Source of the DNA: Candidatus Thorarchaeota archaeon | GTDB lineage: Archaea > Asgardarchaeota > Thorarchaeia > Thorarchaeales > Thorarchaeaceae | NCBI GenBank assembly: GCA_048882485.1 | Contig: JBHLRP010000051.1 | Location: 1-23,611, forward strand | Direction of reading: 5' to 3' | DNA length: 23,611 nucleotides | Part shown: piece by piece, positions 1 through 7,677 of the stretch | Numbering within the stretch: position 1 is the first letter of the stretch | Layout: each line of letters begins with the position of its first letter | The notes under the pieces: generated by a model | Told to the model about the DNA's origin: nothing | What the model saw: only the letters and a program-made list of their open reading frames with translations | Database searches by the model: none | Program-made: the position numbers and the translations under genes

Positions 1-71
1 CGACTAAGGACCTAGGGCCTCAAGTCACAGAATGCAAGAGATCGGGCGTTCAAGTCGCCCCCGGCCCACCA
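1..71 (+). tRNA. 3' part of an intron-containing tRNA (intron ~1-32, 3' exon 33-71); isotype not readable in window
   Basis: T-arm GGGCG-TTCAAGT-CGCCC, acceptor 3' strand CCGGCCC, discriminator A, encoded CCA (69-71), then TTTT. The anticodon-stem 3' strand GCAAG has no partner at the intron-less distance. Bases 2-26 fold as a hairpin (GACT/AGTC) followed by ACAG-AA-T, consistent with a bulge-helix-bulge 37/38 intron. Confidence 0.85.
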
Positions 72-74
72 TTT

Positions 75-638
75 TCATGAAGCCCGTATTTCCCATAGAG
101 TTTCATAGATTGGTCCTGAGGAGGTCAGAGTGCTTTTCGTCATCCTGAAACAATCGACAATCATAGTTCCTACTGACTCATTTGTCAGATTTTCGATGTT
201 TTCCCTTATTTGGCTACGATCACGTACAGCCCTGACCCGTGCAATTGTTGCATGAGCATGGAACTTCCTGTCACGTGAATAACCTAAATTACCAAGCCGG
301 TCATCAACTTCCAGTTTCAGGTCTTTTACTCTTCCTGCATTGTCAGATACCCCTACCCATATGACTCTGGGGCGGCTGGTGCTTGGGAATGCGCCCACGC
401 CATCAATCCGGATTACAAAGGATTCATACCTGATATCTGAAAGCTCATCCCTAATTCTCTCAATATCCGTATTTGGTGTATCGCCAAGGAATCTCAATGT
501 GAAGTGGATATTCTCTCTTTCCACCAGTTTCATTTTTGCTGACTGTCTGTCTAGTAATGATTGAATGTGAGCAATTCTTGAGAGAAGCGCCTCATCATCG
601 ATGTCAATACTGAGAAACACCCGACTTACTGATGACAC
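75..638 (-). CDS. thpR: RNA 2',3'-cyclic phosphodiesterase / 2'-5' RNA ligase (2H phosphoesterase, LigT/ThpR family)
   Basis: Two HxT motifs (HFTL, HATI), GxFP...PRVIW segment, 187 aa; GTG start after GAGGTGA SD. Confidence 0.92.
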   Translation of the reverse strand: MSSVSRVFLSIDIDDEALLSRIAHIQSLLDRQSAKMKLVERENIHFTLRFLGDTPNTDIERIRDELSDIRYESFVIRIDGVGAFPSTSRPRVIWVGVSDNAGRVKDLKLEVDDRLGNLGYSRDRKFHAHATIARVRAVRDRSQIRENIENLTNESVGTMIVDCFRMTKSTLTSSGPIYETLWEIRAS

Positions 639-742
639 ATTGACTCACCTCGCTCTATCATTTCAGGAAACATAGTGTCATATTAGACTGACGACCGCAA
701 GGGTAAAGTGGAGTACCACTTCGCTTTCAAGGGACCCTGACC

Positions 743-1282
743 ATGAAGCTCGTAATACTAACTGGGATGCCCGGATCCGGTAAGAGCGAAGTTGCAGATG
801 CGTTTCATCATGCTGGTTTTCCGGTCATTGTCATGGGCGATGTCATTCGCAAAGAAGTGGAACGTCGTGGAATTGATGTAACTCCCAAAAACAACAAGCT
901 AGTCATGTTGGAGCTTCGCGAGCGAGATGGTCCAGGTGCTGTGGCTAAACACTGTTTGGAAACTCTAAGCAACTCAGACTCCAAAGTAGTAGTGATAGAG
1001 GGATGCAGAAGTCTTGCCGAAGTTGATGTGTTCGATGACTATGCGAAAGAAGTATGCATAGTCTGTGTACATGCGTCCCCAAAAACGCGTTTTTCACGTC
1101 TGCAGAAGCGTGGCAGAAAGGATGACCCTCAGGACTGGGCAACGTTCAGAGAACGTGACCTCCGTGAAGTATCCGTTGGTCTAGGAGCAGTAATCGCACT
1201 TAGTGACATTGTAATAGTGAATGAAGGAACCTTAGAAGAGCTACGGAATGAATCTAACACTCTTGTTCAGAGGCTTACTTAG
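743..1282 (+). CDS. UPF0200 P-loop nucleotide kinase-like protein (dephospho-CoA kinase-like, COG0237)
   Basis: Walker A GMPGSGKS, MGDVIR, RGRxDD and RDxRE motifs typical of archaeal UPF0200; paired with UPF0201. Confidence 0.85.
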   Translation: MKLVILTGMPGSGKSEVADAFHHAGFPVIVMGDVIRKEVERRGIDVTPKNNKLVMLELRERDGPGAVAKHCLETLSNSDSKVVVIEGCRSLAEVDVFDDYAKEVCIVCVHASPKTRFSRLQKRGRKDDPQDWATFRERDLREVSVGLGAVIALSDIVIVNEGTLEELRNESNTLVQRLT

Positions 1283-1702
1283 ATGGATGCTATTGTAAGA
1301 TGCCCTGTTAATCCTACAGAGGATAAGGCCCGAGTCTGTTCTGCACTTACCAATCTCTTTGTTTCGGATAGCTCCTGCAAAGAAACAGAGTATGGCTACA
1401 TGATGTTGAAATCAAATAGGAGAAGCTCGCTTGACCTTATGCAACAGCACATTCATGCTCTCCGGATTATTGATGCAGTACGGAAGAGAGTCTTGTCGAA
1501 CTGGGATGGGACCAAGACATCTATCTTCTTTGATAAGCAGGCTGCATATTACGGGAAGCTGAGGCTTGTCGATGAAACCGAAGAAGAGCCTCCCTTAGGA
1601 TGCATAGAACTAGAGATTATGTTTGAGGATGAGGCTGCCTTTGATAAGTTCCTTGCATGGTTTGTGCCTCCTACTGAGGATGGAAGGATTGTTACCAATT
1701 AG
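1283..1702 (+). CDS. UPF0201/DUF54 putative RNA-binding protein (COG1931)
   Basis: PTED, KQAA and PLG-I motifs, C-terminal PxTxDG; starts directly after the UPF0200 stop. Confidence 0.85.
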   Translation: MDAIVRCPVNPTEDKARVCSALTNLFVSDSSCKETEYGYMMLKSNRRSSLDLMQQHIHALRIIDAVRKRVLSNWDGTKTSIFFDKQAAYYGKLRLVDETEEEPPLGCIELEIMFEDEAAFDKFLAWFVPPTEDGRIVTN

Positions 1703-2730
1703 AACTGTGCTGCTGTGACTTCGCGTGTGAGACCACTATGCACAGGTACAAGAACATGATATTTGACAGCAAATCCCAAGTCTTGCATCATTTCCTTGAT
1801 TCCCAGTTCTTGGCTTCCACAGATGCATAGACGCCCCCCGTCTTTTAGAATCTCAGGTACTTGCTCTAAGAAGGTTAGGGCGAGTCTTCTCGCCTTTGCA
1901 CCTCTAGTGGAACTGGTCCGACCATATGGGGGGTCTGTAGCTATACAATCTACCTTCTTTACCTGTAAAGGCGGCCAACGCGAATCAGCTTGGATAACAG
2001 ATGATTCTTTGTCCATTAAATCTGCAAGATTCTTCATCGCACCCATTATTAGACGCCAGTTAAGGTCCCATCCCAATACCCTTGCTCCTAGGATGGCTGC
2101 TTCGCATAAGATGCCCCCGCCTCCGCAAAATGGATCGATTACAGTCACTTCGGGTCTAACACCAGCAAGATTGCAGATCACTCTTGCCAACTGGGAATTC
2201 ATCATTGATGGGTGGAAGAAGGGCTTCTTTCCTGGCTCTCTGAGTCTTAGTTCCTGCCTTAGCTTCGACTCTTTGGAAACGCAAACCAGCGTTCCATCGG
2301 GAACCATCATAACGAGTATTCTGACGTCCGGGTTGTCCAATGCTACTCCTGCATTTGTCAGATTGCTGATACGTGCACCCAATGACTCACTCAGTCTATT
2401 CCTGTGTTCTACATGTCTTTCTTCTACAAAAGACTTAGTCCTAATTGAGAATGTTTCTGTTGGTTTCACACATGCCACTAGAACATCATCTGAAAGCCAT
2501 TCTAGTGATGTATCTGACAGTGGCCCTTGACCAATTATGGCTCCCGCTTCTTTTACCATGGCAGCCCTTTCCAGCAGAAAATCAGTGAGGTCATAGGTTG
2601 ACTCAATCTGAGCTAGCAGCCCAAGCCACGTAACCTTGGCATCAACTCTTGCTAACTCAATCAACGAATCAATCTCAGCCTTGGCGAGGTTGGAATCCTC
2701 GCCCGATATAATCACAAAGAAGGTCTGCAA
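1699..2730 (-). CDS. trm11: THUMP-domain tRNA (guanine-10-N2) methyltransferase, Trm11/TrmG10 family
   Basis: N-terminal THUMP-like region, KPFFHPSMM, SAM motif DPFCGGGG, catalytic DPPYG, C-terminal VHxxLTR. Confidence 0.85.
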   Translation of the reverse strand: MQTFFVIISGEDSNLAKAEIDSLIELARVDAKVTWLGLLAQIESTYDLTDFLLERAAMVKEAGAIIGQGPLSDTSLEWLSDDVLVACVKPTETFSIRTKSFVEERHVEHRNRLSESLGARISNLTNAGVALDNPDVRILVMMVPDGTLVCVSKESKLRQELRLREPGKKPFFHPSMMNSQLARVICNLAGVRPEVTVIDPFCGGGGILCEAAILGARVLGWDLNWRLIMGAMKNLADLMDKESSVIQADSRWPPLQVKKVDCIATDPPYGRTSSTRGAKARRLALTFLEQVPEILKDGGRLCICGSQELGIKEMMQDLGFAVKYHVLVPVHSGLTREVTAAQF

Positions 2731-2743
2731 TTTGAACCCCTGA

Positions 2744-3508
2744 TCAGACTACTAGATTGTCCCCGCCCAAGAATGCACGTTGGAGTTCTCCATATAGGAT
2801 TTCAACTCCATCCATGAGCTTTGCAGAGACAGGCACGACAGGACTGCCCCCGCCGATGTCATCAAGCATACGAAGAATTGCACTAGAGTATTCTCGAACA
2901 AGACCAGTGGAACTGTCTTCGAGAGCCTCTTCCAGCAGGTAGGTGTCAGATGACCATGATAGTATTTCATCTATTTGCTCCTCCATAAGGATATCAGGTT
3001 TGCTTAGAACCCCGATTTGAGGGAGGCCAAAACGGATGCTTATGGAGATGCCAAGAAGCATTGAAGAAAGATATCCAACTGGCGTTCGAGCAATATTCGA
3101 ATCAAGCAGATAGAGTGAAACAGCTGGATCTTGACCCATAAGGCTTGATACCATCAGAGGTCCAGAGTTTCGATAAGCAAAAAGCTCCATTTGTCCAGGA
3201 CAGTCAACTAAGACATAATCGCGTTCAAGCTCGAATATCTCTTCTCGCATATCACCCACATGACCTATAGCCATGTCTAGGGAAGCAACAAGAGCACCAT
3301 TTGGACCCAAGCCAAACTGCTGCATCACTTCGCCGTAGTTCACATATTCACGGATATCGACATCACTTGTGTAAGGTGGGTCATCTACTCCAGGATCAAG
3401 ATTCACAACAGTGACGCTTGCCTCCGCCTCCACCAGCCATTTCTCAAGAGATGATGTAAGAAGCGATTTTCCTGATCCTGCAGTACCAACTAAGAATGTG
3501 AAGAACAT
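2744..3508 (-). CDS. GPN-loop GTPase
   Basis: GTAGSGKS, NLDPG, GLGPNG (GPN loop), DCPGQ. Start placed at ATG 3508 (MFFTFLVG) rather than the ORF maximum 3565. Confidence 0.92.
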   Translation of the reverse strand: MFFTFLVGTAGSGKSLLTSSLEKWLVEAEASVTVVNLDPGVDDPPYTSDVDIREYVNYGEVMQQFGLGPNGALVASLDMAIGHVGDMREEIFELERDYVLVDCPGQMELFAYRNSGPLMVSSLMGQDPAVSLYLLDSNIARTPVGYLSSMLLGISISIRFGLPQIGVLSKPDILMEEQIDEILSWSSDTYLLEEALEDSSTGLVREYSSAILRMLDDIGGGSPVVPVSAKLMDGVEILYGELQRAFLGGDNLVV

Positions 3509-3591
3509 GACTTCAACCAAACTGCTTTGAGCAATGAGCTCTCTTTGAGTCCTTCGGTGTCGCATAGGTTAAGTGGCTAACAATCACTTCG

Positions 3592-3605
3592 CAAATCTTT
3601 ATCAG
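3592..3605 (+). promoter_or_regulatory. BRE/TATA-like promoter, probably leaderless transcript of the XRE regulator
   Basis: GCAAATC-TTTATCAG about 25-30 nt upstream of ATG 3629; no SD. Confidence 0.45.
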
Positions 3606-3628
3606 AAAAGCAACTTTGGAATCATAGT

Positions 3629-4369
3629 ATGGAAGGAAGTGAGGCATTGCATAGGCTGGCTGAAGCCATGGCGGGAGAGATATGCCTCGCTGAGAACGAT
3701 CCTGGAGCTGTGATGAAACGCTGGCGCGAGCGTTTTCAAATCTCTCAGAAACACTTGGCAAAACATCTTGGCGTATCACCGTCTGTAATTAGCGATTATG
3801 AAAGCGGAAGAAGAAAATCACCTCGGGTTGAAACCATAAGGCGATTTGTTGAAGGCTTAATCGAGATGGACGCTGTTAATGGTGGAAGAGTTGCAATGGC
3901 GCTTGAGAAACTCATAGCTCCAGAAATAGCATCTGATGCGATACTTGATAGTAGGGAATTTGGGTTACCTGTGCCAGCGCGTCTGCTAGTCGACCGTCTT
4001 GAATGCAAAATTCTCACACATAGTAACCTGCTAGATCGTGACATCTATGGCTACACAGCACTAGACAGTGTAAAGGCCATTGTCAGTTTGACACCACAGC
4101 AGCTTCTTCGACTCTATGGAGGAACCACTCAAAGAGCGGCAATTCTCACGAACGTTACTACTGGACGTTCTCCCATGGTTGCAATAAAGGCGAGTCAAAT
4201 CGGCACTTCTGCTGCGGTGAAGCCAGCCGCTGTGATATTACAAGGAGTTAAGGAGCTTGACCCACTTGCTGTCAAAATTGCAGACAGTATTCATCTACCT
4301 CTTTGCGTGTCAGACCTAGCTGCCGACGAATTGGTTCGAGAGTTGAGGTCATTCAACCCACAGATGTAG
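3629..4369 (+). CDS. XRE-family HTH transcriptional regulator with C-terminal DRTGG-like domain (COG1709)
   Basis: AGEI, HTH SQKHLAKHLGVSPSVISDYESGRRKSP, YG-T-RA and TGRSPMVAI motifs. Confidence 0.9.
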   Translation: MEGSEALHRLAEAMAGEICLAENDPGAVMKRWRERFQISQKHLAKHLGVSPSVISDYESGRRKSPRVETIRRFVEGLIEMDAVNGGRVAMALEKLIAPEIASDAILDSREFGLPVPARLLVDRLECKILTHSNLLDRDIYGYTALDSVKAIVSLTPQQLLRLYGGTTQRAAILTNVTTGRSPMVAIKASQIGTSAAVKPAAVILQGVKELDPLAVKIADSIHLPLCVSDLAADELVRELRSFNPQM

Positions 4370-4386
4370 ACCATTGAGGGACCCTT

Positions 4387-5682
4387 ATGGATTTCATTAT
4401 GGAGCTGAACGATCCTATCCATGGTTTCATCGGACTTACAGAACTTGAGTCCAAAGTTATAAACTCAAAGCCCTATCAACGACTGAGACGGATAAAGCAA
4501 CTCTCTGGTGGCCATTTCGTATACCCCGCAGCTGAACACACACGTTTCGGACACTGCATTGGTGCAATGTATCTGGCAGGTCTGACAGGAAAAAGGCTCC
4601 TCGGACCAATGAATCTTGGTGATAAGACCCTTCAAGAGGTACGTATCTCGGGCCTCTTACATGACATGGGTCATGGTCCATTCAGTCATGTGTTTGAAGA
4701 GTCGCTTCTTGAACGAAGGGGTTGGAACCACGAAGACGTGACCGAGTGGATCATCCGTGAAAGTGAGGTTGGAGATCTGCTTGAGGATGGTGGAATATCT
4801 AAGAACCGAATAGCCAACCTAGTTCGCGGAAGACGTGAAACCAAGACTGACTCAATTGTTAGTTCCATCGTTGCAGGTCAGGTCGATGCTGATAAGATGG
4901 ACTACCTGATTCGAGACTCATTCTATTGCGGGGTCAATTATGGTCTTGTTGACATCCATCGACTCATCAACAGTCTGGAAGTCTCTGATGATTTGATACT
5001 TGAGTTTGACATTGCAGCCAGAGGCGCCCTGGAAGCATTCCTTGTTGCACGGTATGAGATGTTTCTCAATGTCTATTATCACAAAACAGTTCGCAGCGTT
5101 GAGGTAATGTTGGTCAAGCTCATGAATGCTGCAGACAGTGTTTTGGGATTGACAAGCTTTTCAACTCCTGAGGAGTTTCTGAAACTAGATGATATGTCAT
5201 TGATATCAAGAATCAGAAAGATTGACCCCACCGAATCTGACGATGCTAGAGAGGCGGTCACAATGGTAAACATGTTAGATTCACGCATTCTGTATAAGTC
5301 AGTCTTCGAGAAGGTACTGCATACCGAAGATCGCTTTGTTTCCAAAATTCTAACGAAGCGTAGAGTTAGAGAGAGCATTCAGGATGAGATTGCAGCATTA
5401 GCAGGTGTACCAGCCGATGAAGTGATCGTAGACGTACCTACTCTCCCATCAGTTCCCTATAATCCACATCAGCTCAATCCCATGGAGATACGAATCTTTG
5501 AGATGATTGATGGCAAAAAGGTGTCTCATAATCTCTCAGAATACTCAAACATTGCAGAGATGATGAAGGTGTATCTCGATGTTATCCGTGTGTATACATT
5601 TGACCGCAATCGCAGAAAGGTTGGGAAAGCAGCCCGTGAGGTCTTTCAAGAAGTCCCGGACGCCGCCTTAATTCACATGTGA
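4387..5682 (+). CDS. HD-domain phosphohydrolase, SAMHD1-like dNTP triphosphohydrolase family (COG1078)
   Basis: DPIHG, RLRRIKQL, HTRFGH, HDMGHGPFSH, DxDKMDYLxRD, VYYHKT motifs. Confidence 0.9.
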   Translation: MDFIMELNDPIHGFIGLTELESKVINSKPYQRLRRIKQLSGGHFVYPAAEHTRFGHCIGAMYLAGLTGKRLLGPMNLGDKTLQEVRISGLLHDMGHGPFSHVFEESLLERRGWNHEDVTEWIIRESEVGDLLEDGGISKNRIANLVRGRRETKTDSIVSSIVAGQVDADKMDYLIRDSFYCGVNYGLVDIHRLINSLEVSDDLILEFDIAARGALEAFLVARYEMFLNVYYHKTVRSVEVMLVKLMNAADSVLGLTSFSTPEEFLKLDDMSLISRIRKIDPTESDDAREAVTMVNMLDSRILYKSVFEKVLHTEDRFVSKILTKRRVRESIQDEIAALAGVPADEVIVDVPTLPSVPYNPHQLNPMEIRIFEMIDGKKVSHNLSEYSNIAEMMKVYLDVIRVYTFDRNRRKVGKAAREVFQEVPDAALIHM

Positions 5683-5733
5683 TTATTGGTTAGGGTTGGC
5701 TCAAACTCATACCACGAAGAACATAGTCTGTGT

Positions 5734-5790
5734 GGTGGTTATATAGTAACCTCCGAGATTCTACATTGGACCTTCTTCTAGGTCCGGAGC
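5734..5790 (+). promoter_or_regulatory. Promoter of the roadblock-DENN-GTPase operon: TATA box inside an inverted repeat, leader hairpin and SD
   Basis: GG-T-GGTTA-TATAG-TAACC-T-CC (5734-5754) contains TTATATAG; GGACCT-N6-AGGTCC (5768-5785); GGAG (5786-5789) before TTG 5798. Confidence 0.6.
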
Positions 5791-5797
5791 TGAGCGA

Positions 5798-6745
5798 TTG
5801 ACTGACGAGCTAACCGAAACGCTGCAAACCATAAAGATGATTGCCGGCGTTGAAAATGTAGTCCTAATTCAGAAGGATGGGCTCCCCGTTGCCAGTGCTG
5901 GGGTTTGGTTCAGCAAGGAAGAGGTATTCGCGGTCGCATCATCAACATGTGCAATCTATGGTGTTGCGCGTCTTATCCATGGCGAATTCAAGTATCTTCT
6001 CATGGAGTCCGAAACGTCCAAAGTATTTCTTGCTTCACTTCCCAATGATCCTGACTACTTTTTGACGGTTACAACAGCACCCAGAGTGAATCTTGCAGCG
6101 CTATTCATAGAGATGAAGGACAGTTTGTCTCGCGTTTCATTCTTGCTGCGACAGCATGTGGATGGAAGGCTCCCACCACTGCGCTCCTACAGTACTGACG
6201 AAACCCATCGCGTTCTTAGTGGATTCGCTGTGGCTGAAGGACAAGACACCTCCTATTCCACATCACGGTCAATCATCTCACTTGATCGGTCTCAAGCTCT
6301 TACGCTAAGAGCACTTTTACGGCAAGTTCATGATAGCATTCCTGATATCAACTCGGTCTTTCTCTCTCTAAGTGGGGGTGTTCGTGTTTCTCTGGAGGGA
6401 TTTACTAATGATAGACTTGCTGCAATGTCATTTGCGTTACATGATGCATCAGAACGCGTGGTACGAACGCTCCGAAACAGCTCTCTTCAGACTGTTCTCT
6501 GCGAGGCGGGATCTACGAGACACTTCATCTATGCAGTGCCAAACGGGGTGTTCAGTCTCTGGGTAAATCGTGGTGGTCAGAAACTTGGCCTCATGCGGCT
6601 CCTACTGAAGCACTACATTGAGGAAATCAAGCGCGTTCTCAGTACTGCCGAAGTAATGCGTCCTTCAGTTCCAGATGATCTAAGGGAGCTGCTTCTAGCT
6701 GGCGGCAATGACAATGGAGTAGTTTTAGCGAGGCGAGAGCCATGA
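5798..6745 (+). CDS. Tandem Roadblock/LC7 (MglB-like) domain protein
   Basis: Domain 1: GVENVVLIQKDGLPVAS...VNLAALFIEM. Domain 2: PDINSVFLSLSGGVRVS...LAAMSFAL...KLGLMRLLL. Both fit the Roadblock/MglB pattern; upstream of an MglA-like GTPase. Confidence 0.8.
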   Translation: MTDELTETLQTIKMIAGVENVVLIQKDGLPVASAGVWFSKEEVFAVASSTCAIYGVARLIHGEFKYLLMESETSKVFLASLPNDPDYFLTVTTAPRVNLAALFIEMKDSLSRVSFLLRQHVDGRLPPLRSYSTDETHRVLSGFAVAEGQDTSYSTSRSIISLDRSQALTLRALLRQVHDSIPDINSVFLSLSGGVRVSLEGFTNDRLAAMSFALHDASERVVRTLRNSSLQTVLCEAGSTRHFIYAVPNGVFSLWVNRGGQKLGLMRLLLKHYIEEIKRVLSTAEVMRPSVPDDLRELLLAGGNDNGVVLARREP

Positions 6746-7662
6746 CTTATTCTATAATGCGAATGATTGAACTAATGGGGGACGATTTTCCGCTTCTGCT
6801 AAATTCCGTGATGAATCGCCTTCCTATCTTGGTAACTGGTCAAGATGTCGAATTGGTGGATGATATCACTGAAAGCCTTACCATGCTGTGCCCTCACCAT
6901 CACAAGCTTGTGTTCTGGCGTGATTTCACCTCAGAAAGCGAGCTTCTTGCAGTATGGGAGGAAGAAAAGCACAACTATGAAGTTAGTAGGACCATTATCT
7001 GTGGGCTTTCCTCAAACCTAAGACTGGCCCTAGAACGAATAACCAGATTTCCTGGGTGGCTTCTTGCAATCCCCATAGGAGCTAGTGTATTAGGAATGCA
7101 TGTGGATGAAGAGATGATGCAGACAGTGATTCATCGAGTACTACAGCATTCCAGCAATTGTGGAATCTTGAGAGTGAATTCTCCTTCATCGATGAACTTC
7201 TCACTCATAGAGCCATGTAGTAGCAATTTGGAAGTGGAGAAGAAGATAGTAACTAAGATTCTGACCCGAAAACGTCAATCTCTTGAAAGAATCAGGCGTC
7301 TTCTGAGAAAATCACTTCGTGGAGTCAATGTGTCAAGTGGCATCATAAATGCCGTTTTGAAGCTTGATGATGAATCTGAGAAACTAACACATGATGTGTT
7401 TGATGAAGAAATAAGCAACTACGTGCATGCAGCCAGAAGAGCAGTTACCCTGCTATCCAGAATCCGCCTGGCCAGAGAACTTGGTGCATCCACTGCACTG
7501 ACTGAGAGGAATCTGTACGAGGCAATTGGATGGGAAGGCGGTGATCTGTCTGATCTTATTCGATTCATCCGTGCAGAGTGGCATGAAGACTTTTCTGACT
7601 GCGTGAAGTCTGGTGCCTTATCGGGCCTCGGTGCATGGGTTGACAGTATGTGGGGAACGTAA
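6742..7662 (+). CDS. Hypothetical protein with putative DENN (folliculin-like cDENN/dDENN) core and possible C-terminal HTH
   Basis: N-terminal helix-helix-strand-helix-Pro pattern (MIELMGDDFPLLLNSVMNRLPILVTGQDVELVDDITESLTMLCP) resembles the start of the cDENN domain; ATGA overlap with the roadblock gene. CDS is solid, fold call is by eye. Confidence 0.55.
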   Translation: MTYSIMRMIELMGDDFPLLLNSVMNRLPILVTGQDVELVDDITESLTMLCPHHHKLVFWRDFTSESELLAVWEEEKHNYEVSRTIICGLSSNLRLALERITRFPGWLLAIPIGASVLGMHVDEEMMQTVIHRVLQHSSNCGILRVNSPSSMNFSLIEPCSSNLEVEKKIVTKILTRKRQSLERIRRLLRKSLRGVNVSSGIINAVLKLDDESEKLTHDVFDEEISNYVHAARRAVTLLSRIRLARELGASTALTERNLYEAIGWEGGDLSDLIRFIRAEWHEDFSDCVKSGALSGLGAWVDSMWGT

Positions 7663-7677
7663 TCAGGGAGTGAAGGG

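Noticed and set aside
743-1282. 'FliE flagellar protein' label sometimes given to this family
   Set aside because: The sequence is a P-loop kinase fold and there is no flagellar or archaellar context.
1763-2530. 255-aa plus-strand ORF, and similar antisense ORFs (340-564, 5079-5378, 10770-11129, 12072-12422, 14447-14899, 18293-18682, 22380-22736)
   Set aside because: Antisense shadows of well-supported genes; Ser/Ile-rich, no motifs.
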